A stretch of DNA of 32,000 nucleotides from contig NC_022093.1 in the NCBI RefSeq assembly GCF_000446015.1, positions 60,001-92,000 of the forward strand, written 5' to 3'. The translations under genes and the position numbers were made by a program. Positions 16,166 through 24,028 of this stretch are shown in pieces. Below the pieces are notes generated by a model. That model searched no databases. It saw only the letters and a program-made list of their open reading frames with translations, and was not told the DNA's origin. Origin of the DNA: Thermofilum adornatum. Lineage in GTDB: Archaea; Thermoproteota; Thermoprotei; Thermofilales; Thermofilaceae. The stretch's first letter is position 1. Each line of letters starts with the position of its first letter.

Positions 16166-16374
16166 TTAACTATCTCCTCCGTAGGTATCTCTTTAACTCT
16201 GCTCTGAATTTCTTCTAGTCTTCGAGATGCCTTCTTTGCTAGCTCTTCTCTAACTTTGGCCTCTATAACCCCTCTAAGATATTCACTCCAGTTGATGTTT
16301 ACTTCTTTCATGCGTTTCTTTAGCTCTATGGGAACCTTGATTATTACATTCACAAGCCTACTCAAACATCTCAC
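16162..16374 (-). CDS. vapB: Ribbon-helix-helix VapB-type antitoxin
   Basis: (M)NVIIKVPIELKKRMKEVNINWSEYLRGVIEAKVRE is typical of the archaeal RHH antitoxins that precede PIN genes. It abuts and overlaps the PIN remnant. The likely start is GTG 16353 or GTG 16374. Confidence 0.65.
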   Translation of the reverse strand: MRCLSRLVNVIIKVPIELKKRMKEVNINWSEYLRGVIEAKVREELAKKASRRLEEIQSRVKEIPTEEIVK

Positions 16375-16385
16375 CTAAAAGTAAT

Positions 16386-16406
16386 CTTGTTTTAGGATAT
16401 AACAAG
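16386..16406. promoter_or_regulatory. Inverted repeat CTTGTT-n9-AACAAG overlapping the TATA-like region upstream of vapB (candidate autoregulatory operator)
   Basis: Read directly from the sequence. It lies 12-32 nt upstream of the vapB start candidates. Confidence 0.25.
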
Positions 16407-16744
16407 TTTTCCTAAAGCAGAATACATGAACATTCTCTAAAAGGCTCACTCAAACTACACGTTGTGATCACATTAAATTGAAGCATAACCAAAATGCAAA
16501 AAACCTTGTGCATCATAAGGAGATGCTTTTTATTAGGAAAACTAAACTATTTGCAATATTCTGATCTAACTACAAATAGATTCAAATATAGAGAGAGCGC
16601 TATATGCAACGCTCTAGTAGTTCTAAAAGCTCTTACATTGATTACTTCCCTGAACTTTTTCAAATTTCATGTAGGAACGATTTTTGGAATCTCTTCGGCA
16701 AGTTTTTTAATTGATATCAATGAATAGAATCTTGAGAGGTATCT

Positions 16745-17104
16745 ATGGGCGTCTTCAAAGTTAATGCCTGGGTTTGGAACCCTTCGGCTCCCGAGAAGAA
16801 AGTGTTACTTGAGCTACTAGTAGATACCGGGGCTACATATACTGTTTTGCCAGAGAGCTTGTTGAAGTCTCTCGGCGTGAAGCCCTTCCGAGTAGCCCGG
16901 CTAAGGCTTGCAGATAACCGTATCCTTGAAAAGTCTTTGGGAGAAGTGGGAATAGAGGTCGAGGGTTACAGGGCGAGCGCTACCCCAGTTGTTTTTGGAG
17001 AGGATGAGGTATATCTGCTTGGCAGTGTAACTATGGAGCAGTTGGGGCTTGCCCCTGACCCTATTGCTAAGAGGCTTAAGCCTGTGGAGGCCTTGCTTAT
17101 GTAG
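16745..17104 (+). CDS. Retropepsin-like (clan AA) aspartic protease, stand-alone
   Basis: 119 aa with the catalytic LLVDTGATYTVLP (D-T-G-A) motif. The size fits a homodimeric retropepsin-type fold. GAGAGG SD-like element upstream. Confidence 0.8.
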   Translation: MGVFKVNAWVWNPSAPEKKVLLELLVDTGATYTVLPESLLKSLGVKPFRVARLRLADNRILEKSLGEVGIEVEGYRASATPVVFGEDEVYLLGSVTMEQLGLAPDPIAKRLKPVEALLM

Positions 17105-17105
17105 C

Positions 17106-17759
17106 TTAGAAATAGTTGATTGTGATTATGCACTGTGGTGGGACGTATTTTGCGAGGCGTATCCTCTGTGTTGCGATGTAGACCTTGTAGCCGCTTTTCC
17201 TTAGGCATTCCGCGTCTATTGTGAGTATTGCTGTGTTCGTGCTGTGTCTAGTTGCGGCCTCGTAGGCATCTCTGGGGTCTGTGGTGAGATGTACGTATTT
17301 CCTTTTCATTGGCTTTACGCCTTCTCTCATGATTTTTTCTAGGTTTTTGAGTGCTGTACCGTGGTAGAGCACTTTAGAGTCGTTGTCGACTTCGTATTGT
17401 ATGTTTATGCCAAGCTCCCTGCTGTGACCATATATCGTCCTGACCTTGTTTGCTTCGACCTGGTATCTACCCTTTGGGTCTAGGAGGGCCACTGCTAGGA
17501 CGTGTCCCTGCCTGACCCAGGAGTAGTTGCCCTTGGGCCACCTGTTTCTAATTGCCTCAACGAGTTCGCTGATTTCTACCCATCCCTCTTTGTCCATATT
17601 CAGGCCAACTATGCCTGGGTTGTGCCTTAGAAGGTAGCTCATGAGGTGGCTGAGTTTTTCTCGAGACTCGGCGCTAAGCAGTAGCCTGGTTTTTGTCCCG
17701 CAGTGAGTCGTCTCTTCTGTGGGTGCTCCGCATTTGGTGCAAATGTATACTGGCCTCAT
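17106..17759 (-). CDS. kptA: RNA 2'-phosphotransferase KptA/Tpt1 with an N-terminal C2HC zinc-knuckle extension
   Basis: LSHLMSYLLRHNPGIVGLNMDKEGWVEISELV, DPKGRYQV, IYGHS, LYHGT, YVHLT and AECLRKSGYKVY match the archaeal KptA sequences I recall (Aeropyrum, Pyrococcus). The first roughly 30 aa (MRPVYICTKCGAPTEETTHCGTKT) are extra. Confidence 0.88.
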   Translation of the reverse strand: MRPVYICTKCGAPTEETTHCGTKTRLLLSAESREKLSHLMSYLLRHNPGIVGLNMDKEGWVEISELVEAIRNRWPKGNYSWVRQGHVLAVALLDPKGRYQVEANKVRTIYGHSRELGINIQYEVDNDSKVLYHGTALKNLEKIMREGVKPMKRKYVHLTTDPRDAYEAATRHSTNTAILTIDAECLRKSGYKVYIATQRIRLAKYVPPQCIITINYF

Positions 17760-17899
17760 GGTACAGTTGCTTTTTATGCTCTTAGGAATCTATTAAACAT
17801 TGATATCTTCTAATGGAGCTGTATTGGGAAAATTGTTCTCTTAGTAACATTTCTTAATCACTAAAGGTTTTTTAGTGTAGGCTTTCGTTACTATTACAC

Positions 17900-19447
17900 A
17901 TGGATAGCGAGCCTAAAACTATCGTGAGCATTACTCCAGAAATAGCTCTCGACCACGGCTATACCTTCGCTGGCGGCCTAGGAGTCTTGGAAGGGGACAA
18001 GTTCTATACTGCAGGCAGGCTGGGACTCGACTACTACGTGATCAGCTTGCTATACAGGAGCGGCTACATCGACTATTCCTGGGACGAGAATGGAAATCCT
18101 ATCCCTTCTCCACAAAGACAGCCAGAAGAATTCCTAAAGTCTCTAAGCCTATCAGGTGAACTCGAAATAACATTGAGAGGCGAGAAGGTAAAAGTCAAGG
18201 CCTGGGAGTACAGGTACAAGACGGCTAAAGCAATCTTTCTGGAGCCTGATTCACCCGAATGGGCCAAGCCCCTTGCAGAAAGGGTTTTTATTGAGAAGAG
18301 CGAGGAAGAGAGGTTCTACAAGTATCTTTTCCTCGCGAAGGGAGCCGTTGCCTTCATAAAAGAAGTCATAGGGCTCGAGAATATCGCCTACATCGACCTC
18401 CAGGAAGCATACACGGCAATAATACCCATAGTCCTCAAGATACCTGGCAGGTACAGACTCATAATCCACACGCCTGGCCCCTGGGGGCATCCAAGCTTCC
18501 CGAGGAGCTTCTTCGCAAAGGAGCTTGGATACCACTTTATCGACAACCCAGTCGTCCTGACAAGCATAGGTGCCGCGATGGCCAACGAGGTGATAATGGT
18601 CTCCTCCAAGCACTTTGACATCATGCGCAAGGTTATTCCACACCTCCTCTACAAGGCACGGTTCATAACAAACGGAGTAGACGTCGAGAGGTGGATGAAC
18701 CCCAAGCTGAGAGAGCTACTCTACCGTGGCGAGCTTGACCTATCCTCCCTCAAGACAGCAAGGAAGGAGGCAAGAAGCCAACTTGTAAAGCTTATTAGCT
18801 CAAGGAAGCCGATGAACATCACGGAAGACACATTTATCTTCGCCTGGGCGAGGAGAGTCACAAAGTACAAGAGACCATACTTCCCAATAAGGCTCATAGA
18901 AGAGCTAGAAAACAGAGACGTAGTATTCGTCCTCGGCGGCAAGTCACACCCAGAAGACAAGGAAGGCATACAGTACATAAAGAAATTCAAGGAGCTCGAG
19001 AAAAAGAAGCCCAACGTAGTCTACTTCCACGACTATGGAATAGAAACCGCTAAAACAATACTCTCCGGGAGCGACGTCCTGGCCTTTACACCTTTCCAGG
19101 GATGGGAAGCCTCAGGCACAAGCTTCATGAAAGCCGCGATAAACGGCGTCCCGTCCATTGCTTCACGGGACGGCGCAGTGGTAGAGCTTCTCGAGGACGG
19201 CGTAAACTCTTGGCTCTTCGGAGAAGACATAAGAGAGCTGATAGACTTCGGAAGGGATCCGAGAGTACCAGAGATAGACGAAAGAGACTACAAAGAATTC
19301 AAGGAAAAGTTCCTAACAGCCAAAAACCTCTATGTTAACGACAGGGAAGAATTCTGCAAAATATCGCTTAGCGCAGTCCTAACAACAACATCACGCGTTG
19401 ACATGAAAAGAGTACTGAGAGAATACTATCCAGATCTCGTGGATTAA
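17900..19447 (+). CDS. Alpha-glucan (glycogen/maltodextrin) phosphorylase-family protein, compact GT35-like
   Basis: The N-terminal FAGGLGVLEGDKFYTAGRLGLDYYVISLLYRSGY matches the YSGGLGxLAGD...GxxYxxGY motif. The C-terminal GWEASGTSFMKAAINGVPSIASRDGAVVE matches the EASGTxxMK PLP-lysine motif. Confidence 0.78.
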   Translation: MDSEPKTIVSITPEIALDHGYTFAGGLGVLEGDKFYTAGRLGLDYYVISLLYRSGYIDYSWDENGNPIPSPQRQPEEFLKSLSLSGELEITLRGEKVKVKAWEYRYKTAKAIFLEPDSPEWAKPLAERVFIEKSEEERFYKYLFLAKGAVAFIKEVIGLENIAYIDLQEAYTAIIPIVLKIPGRYRLIIHTPGPWGHPSFPRSFFAKELGYHFIDNPVVLTSIGAAMANEVIMVSSKHFDIMRKVIPHLLYKARFITNGVDVERWMNPKLRELLYRGELDLSSLKTARKEARSQLVKLISSRKPMNITEDTFIFAWARRVTKYKRPYFPIRLIEELENRDVVFVLGGKSHPEDKEGIQYIKKFKELEKKKPNVVYFHDYGIETAKTILSGSDVLAFTPFQGWEASGTSFMKAAINGVPSIASRDGAVVELLEDGVNSWLFGEDIRELIDFGRDPRVPEIDERDYKEFKEKFLTAKNLYVNDREEFCKISLSAVLTTTSRVDMKRVLREYYPDLVD

Positions 19448-19522
19448 AACACGTGATAGCTAGAGAAAGCAAGACAGATAAAAATGTTCTAAAATGTTTT
19501 TAACTGCTTCAATTAATGAAAA

Positions 19523-20683
19523 GTGACCAATATGAGTATATGGCGGCTCGCGTTGAAGTTTGTCGAGAGGGACATATTGTTCAAGAAGCTGATAGCTGTT
19601 TTGACCATACTAGCCATAGCGAGCGGCGTGGCTACCTTTGTCAGCCTGAGGATTCTTAGTATCGGCAGCAGGACGGCGGCAATGAACATTGTCCAACAGG
19701 TCTTGCCCGGCGAGGTTGTTGTCTATGGGCAAGGGCTATACGATGTTTCTGAAGACGTGTTGGCAGATATCAAGCGTCTCCCAGGAGTAAAGGATGTTAC
19801 CCCAGCTATTCTGGTAACTGGCTACGTTGGGCGTAACGCAGTCTTCTTGCTGGGTGTTCGCCCAGAGGATATTGGAAACGTTGTCTCGAAGTTTGAGAGC
19901 GGCCAGGCATTTACCAGTCTCAGTGGGCCCTATGCCATCGCAGATATTGGTCTAGCGAAGAAGCTGGGCCTTAAGGTTGGGGACAAGGTCACTGTTAAGC
20001 CTCCCTATGGAACATCCTTCAGGCAATACGAGATAATTGGCATAGCAGAGGTCACAATGAAGATCGAGGAGATTGGAGCCGCGGGTGGCTACCTTATCCT
20101 GCCTCTCCGTGAAGCTCAAAACCTACTAGGTAGGCCAGGCTATGTGAGCATGGCTGTAGTAAAGGTTGAGGACGGGGTGGACCCAAACGAGGTTAAGAGC
20201 CTCATATCAGTCGTGTTCCCAGGGTCGAGGGTTATGCTTCGGGAAGAAGTGATAGGCATAGTTTTCAAGGTGATGTCATTGATCGAGGGGCTTCTCCTCT
20301 CCACCACAATGGTGGGTCTGGCTGTGGCTGTCTTTGGAACTACAAGCACTATTACCTCGACCGTCAGGGAGCATCAAAGGGAAATAGCTATCATGCGTGC
20401 GGGCGGCTCTTCGAGGAGAGATATAGCACTCATCTTTATGCTCGAGGCTCTTGTCTACGGGGTTGCAGGAGGCTTGCTGGGAATAGTTTTCGGCATCATG
20501 GGGGCACAAGTGGGAATAGAGATAGTTGCCTCGTATGGGTTCCTAAATCCTCCACTAATACTTGAGCCCCAGAGCTTGTTGCTGAGCTTTGCCCTGGCTT
20601 CCATACTCAGTGTTCTGTCCTCGATTTATCCCGTGTGGAGGGCCACGTCTATTAGACCAGTAGAGGTGCTAAAGAGTGAGTGA
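19523..20683 (+). CDS. ABC transporter permease, MacB/FtsX-type (4 TM with a large extracytoplasmic domain)
   Basis: TM1 (LIAVLTILAIASGVATFVSL) is followed by a roughly 220-aa loop. Three C-terminal TMs then end in SSIYPVWRATSIRPVEVLK, typical of the FtsX domain. The start may be ATG 19532. Confidence 0.85.
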   Translation: MTNMSIWRLALKFVERDILFKKLIAVLTILAIASGVATFVSLRILSIGSRTAAMNIVQQVLPGEVVVYGQGLYDVSEDVLADIKRLPGVKDVTPAILVTGYVGRNAVFLLGVRPEDIGNVVSKFESGQAFTSLSGPYAIADIGLAKKLGLKVGDKVTVKPPYGTSFRQYEIIGIAEVTMKIEEIGAAGGYLILPLREAQNLLGRPGYVSMAVVKVEDGVDPNEVKSLISVVFPGSRVMLREEVIGIVFKVMSLIEGLLLSTTMVGLAVAVFGTTSTITSTVREHQREIAIMRAGGSSRRDIALIFMLEALVYGVAGGLLGIVFGIMGAQVGIEIVASYGFLNPPLILEPQSLLLSFALASILSVLSSIYPVWRATSIRPVEVLKSE

Positions 20684-21572
20684 AGACGCGCTTGTCTTGA
20701 GGGACGTATGGAAAATCTACAAGACCGCGACAGAGGAGATACCAGTACTCAAAGGCATTAATCTCACTGTCCGCCAGGGAGAACTAGCAATCATTATGGG
20801 TCCCTCTGGAAGCGGTAAAAGCACACTTCTATCAATAGCTGGGGGCCTCGAGAACCCTTCCCGTGGAAACGTGATTGTTGGCGGAGTAGACATAACTAAT
20901 CTAAGCGAGGACGAGCTAACAAAGATAAGGGCTAGAAAGATCGGCTTCGTGTTCCAGTCATTCAACCTGATTAGAAACTTGACAGCCCTAGAAAACGTAA
21001 TGATGCCCCTAATCTTTACGGGCATATATTCGTGGAAACAGGCTAGAGAAATAGCCCAAAAGATGCTTGAAATCGTCGGCCTAAAAGGACACGAGGAAAA
21101 GTTCCCGAGACAGCTGAGCGGCGGTCAACAGCAAAGGGTAGCAATCGCAAGGGCACTTGCACCAAGCCCAGACATCATTCTAATGGACGAGCCTACAGGT
21201 AGCCTTGACGTGGACTCTGCATCTAGGGTGCTCTCCCTCGTCAAGTGGCTTAACGAGGCCTTCGGACAAACAATAGTTATAGTTACACACAACCCAGAGA
21301 TAGCTGAGCTGGCCTCGAGAACATTCTATATTAGGGGTGGACAAATCTTTGAACAGCCACCGACAACAACATTGGCAGATAAAGTAAAAGAAGTCAAAGC
21401 TTCGACAAAGAAAGGAGAACTTGAAAAGCTACAGCTGGAGCTCCTAAAAATCAAGCTCGACGCGCTTGAGTCTGCTGCCAGGGAGGGGAAGATAAGCCCA
21501 GAAATCCTAGATGCAGAGCTGAAGTCCCTAGAAGCCAGGATAGCGAGGCTTGAGAAATTTATCGAGAAATAG
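20676..21572 (+). CDS. ABC transporter ATP-binding protein (MacB/LolD/FtsE class) with a C-terminal coiled-coil extension
   Basis: Walker A GPSGSGKST, Q-loop, signature LSGGQQQRVAIARA, Walker B IILMDEPT and an H-loop (THN). It carries about 70 extra C-terminal residues of heptad-like sequence (ELEKLQLELLKIKLDALESAAREGKISPEILDAELKSLEARIARLEKFIEK). The GTG start overlaps the permease stop by 8 nt. Confidence 0.9.
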   Translation: MSEDALVLRDVWKIYKTATEEIPVLKGINLTVRQGELAIIMGPSGSGKSTLLSIAGGLENPSRGNVIVGGVDITNLSEDELTKIRARKIGFVFQSFNLIRNLTALENVMMPLIFTGIYSWKQAREIAQKMLEIVGLKGHEEKFPRQLSGGQQQRVAIARALAPSPDIILMDEPTGSLDVDSASRVLSLVKWLNEAFGQTIVIVTHNPEIAELASRTFYIRGGQIFEQPPTTTLADKVKEVKASTKKGELEKLQLELLKIKLDALESAAREGKISPEILDAELKSLEARIARLEKFIEK

Positions 21573-21575
21573 CTA

Positions 21576-21602
21576 TTCTTTTTGTATTGCTTTTGATTTT
21601 TC
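21576..21602 (+). terminator. Three oligo-T runs downstream of the ABC ATPase gene
   Basis: TTCTTTTTGTATTGCTTTTGATTTTTC lies directly after the TAG stop. A TTAAATATAT TATA-like box follows, about 30 nt before ATG 21679. Confidence 0.4.
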
Positions 21603-21678
21603 GACAATGAACGAATTTTTAAGCAAATAAAAGAGATAGACTTAAATATATGATATACAATAAAAACACAAGAGCGAT

Positions 21679-23436
21679 ATGAAGAGGCAACTGCTGGTAT
21701 CGTATCTCATTACGCTACTCATACTCGTGCAAGTTTTTGGACAGCCTGTGGTAGGAGTCAAAAAGATGGTTGTTAGGGAAATGGACGTGTTGCCTGGATG
21801 CACGTACAATACTACAGCTACTGTCACATTGGTTTTCGACAGCGATACTGTGCTGAATTTTACGGACTATGTTGCCTATGGCTCCGAGGGAGACGCATCG
21901 TCAACTGTTGACATTTATGGTTCTCGGCTTGTAGATGGCTTTAGGGCCACGTCCTTCAGAAACCTAAACGTAACCAAGGGCTATACCTTGAAATATAGTG
22001 TCCCCGTCAGGAACCTGTTTAACATCTCCATTAACATCTTGGCGGACGGCAAAGAGGTTACACTAAACTGCTCCGGTGGCTATTGCGTTGGTGTAGCTCT
22101 CAAGGCAAGGTCAATCAACTATTCGTTGACAATAGTGCCTCTAGACCCCATGTTCAGTAATCTCCAGTTGCCAGTCTCAGTCAGCTGGAGTGTAGACCCC
22201 ATGTATCTTTATCCCGTGGCTTTTTCAGATTCTCCCCAAAGCATGAGAGAGTCGAGCAGCGAGGTTAGCTTCCAGTGGAGCTCTGTAATGAACGGCTCCT
22301 ATTATCTAAGCGTTGTGTTCGAGGTTAGAGGCGAGAATCCATGGGGAGAGGTTTTCGTGCCTTCGCCAATAATCACTATTACTCTTGATCCTAGGGTCCA
22401 GTCGATGCTAATCTCGAAGTATAAGGAGTACACAAAGAAGTTTCTAGGAAGCAGTCTCGGAAACTTGTCGGCATTCCAGGAAAACGCTACACAGCTTCGG
22501 GATCTTCTCTACAATCTTAGTAAGGGGTTTAGGGAACAGGCAAGGCTTCTAGGCGAGGCTGGTTCCCAAGCCGAATCAGCGGCCAGCATTATACTTACGG
22601 CTTCTTCTCAGCTCAAGGTTCTGGCCCAAATGACACAAGAGATGAGAAACAATGTTGCTGGGCAACTTGGAAACGTATCTACATTAATAAACAGGACCAG
22701 GGCTGTCTTGGAAAGAGTTTCTAAAAACGTTACCGTTACCGAAGAACAACTACAAGTGATACTTCAAACACTCAACTTGACTAATAGCAATGTTACCCTT
22801 ACAGAGATAAAACAAATGATAGACTCTTCACTTTCAAGCATTGGCGAAATCGAGACTTTGCTCGAAAAATATGGGTCTACAATCCGAGACCTAGACAGGC
22901 TTATAGACCAGTCCCCAGCTGCGGCAGAAAACATGGCAACAGCCGCCAACAAGCTGATATTGATGGCTAACATGCTCCGCGAGGCATCTTACAACCTCAA
23001 CCAGCTTGCAGACGGCCTAGCTAGGGCGGCAGATCTCTTGGACTCTATGATTGCAAAGATGAGCAAGATCGAGACTGCAGAGTATTTTCCCGAGGGGTTC
23101 AAAAGCTTCAATGAGACGTTCTATAAACAAATAGCAGTGAGCGAGACCCCGGGCGTCTCCGTCAGGACAGATTTTATGGGTGAAGCATATTACTTTGCCT
23201 TGCCCTCTATAAAGATCAAGAGAAGCGAGCCAGACGTTTCAAATGTTATACTAGAAACACCTCAGAAAAGAATAGCTTCACTTTGGCCTGTAGCACTTAT
23301 AGCTGTTGTTCTGGGTGTAGCCTTCTTTATCGGTAGAAAAGGACAACAGACTAGTAGCATCGACGAGGAGAAGCTTGCCAGGCTTTATGCCCTAAGGGAC
23401 AAGATTTCGAGAATCATGGGTGGGTCGAATGTCTAG
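21679..23436 (+). CDS. Type-I membrane surface glycoprotein: signal peptide, beta-rich ectodomain, long coiled-coil region, C-terminal TM and cytoplasmic tail
   Basis: 585 aa. The N-terminus is hydrophobic (LLVSYLITLLILVQVFGQP). I count about 16 N-x-S/T sequons by hand. Roughly residues 260-470 are helical, low in Pro and heptad-like. The TM is LWPVALIAVVLGVAFFIG, followed by a tail of about 35 aa. No family recognised. Confidence 0.7.
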   Translation: MKRQLLVSYLITLLILVQVFGQPVVGVKKMVVREMDVLPGCTYNTTATVTLVFDSDTVLNFTDYVAYGSEGDASSTVDIYGSRLVDGFRATSFRNLNVTKGYTLKYSVPVRNLFNISINILADGKEVTLNCSGGYCVGVALKARSINYSLTIVPLDPMFSNLQLPVSVSWSVDPMYLYPVAFSDSPQSMRESSSEVSFQWSSVMNGSYYLSVVFEVRGENPWGEVFVPSPIITITLDPRVQSMLISKYKEYTKKFLGSSLGNLSAFQENATQLRDLLYNLSKGFREQARLLGEAGSQAESAASIILTASSQLKVLAQMTQEMRNNVAGQLGNVSTLINRTRAVLERVSKNVTVTEEQLQVILQTLNLTNSNVTLTEIKQMIDSSLSSIGEIETLLEKYGSTIRDLDRLIDQSPAAAENMATAANKLILMANMLREASYNLNQLADGLARAADLLDSMIAKMSKIETAEYFPEGFKSFNETFYKQIAVSETPGVSVRTDFMGEAYYFALPSIKIKRSEPDVSNVILETPQKRIASLWPVALIAVVLGVAFFIGRKGQQTSSIDEEKLARLYALRDKISRIMGGSNV

Positions 23437-23902
23437 CCAGAGGCAGAGGAACGTGCTGATTAGGGGTGTCGATAGCGATGCATACGAGGAAATCTCCAGC
23501 CTTGCAAAAAACATGGGTGTGAGTGTCGGCTACCTTGTCTCACAGGCATTAAAAACGTTTATTGCCCTCGCAGACGCCGGTCCCCAGCTGATAGGACTTA
23601 AAAAGGACACGCCCGGAATACTCAGACGCCTCGTAGCACTGGAAAAGTCTAGGAGACCCGTATTTATCAGACACGTAGGACGGCTCGAGCTTTCGAGAGA
23701 AGACCTCGAGAATGCAGAAGGTCCCCTCTTCATTATAGGCGTGGACGAGCTTATCTTTGACCCCTCTGTGGACACAAAGCTGTTCGAGGAGAAGATCCTA
23801 AGGATAGTTGACTGTGGAAAAGTTGTAATACATCGAGGCTTGAACAAGCTCACCGTGCTGTCGAAGACACTCTTTGTTAGGGAAATCGTAGAAATAATCT
23901 GA
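23429..23902 (+). CDS. Hypothetical protein with an N-terminal ribbon-helix-helix-like segment
   Basis: MSSQRQRNVLIRGVDSDAYEEISSLAKNMGVSVGYLVSQALKTFIA fits a beta-strand/helix/helix (RHH, Arc/CopG-like) pattern. The C-terminal roughly 100 aa are unassigned. Its ATG overlaps the upstream stop (ATGTCTAG). Confidence 0.5.
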   Translation: MSSQRQRNVLIRGVDSDAYEEISSLAKNMGVSVGYLVSQALKTFIALADAGPQLIGLKKDTPGILRRLVALEKSRRPVFIRHVGRLELSREDLENAEGPLFIIGVDELIFDPSVDTKLFEEKILRIVDCGKVVIHRGLNKLTVLSKTLFVREIVEII

Positions 23903-24018
23903 TTTTCGATTTGCATGATAGATAATATCACAATGGCATAAAAAGCTATTTTATTTTTTAAATTTTTATATATTTTTATAGTGAATAATACTTATGTATC
24001 TTTGAGTGCGATTTTACG

Positions 24019-24028
24019 TTGACGTCAA
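24019..24028. promoter_or_regulatory. Perfect 10-bp palindrome TTGACGTCAA abutting the aldolase start codon (candidate operator)
   Basis: Read directly from the sequence. It lies between the AT-rich TATA-like tract (about 23965-23990) and ATG 24029, within the likely 5' UTR/TSS region. Confidence 0.35.

Noticed and set aside
16494-16727. 77-aa plus-strand ORF in the AT-rich spacer upstream of the retropepsin-like gene
   Set aside because: The composition (Leu/Phe/Ile/Asn/Lys) reflects AT-rich DNA. There is no promoter-to-start logic or family resemblance, so this is more likely a promoter/spacer region.
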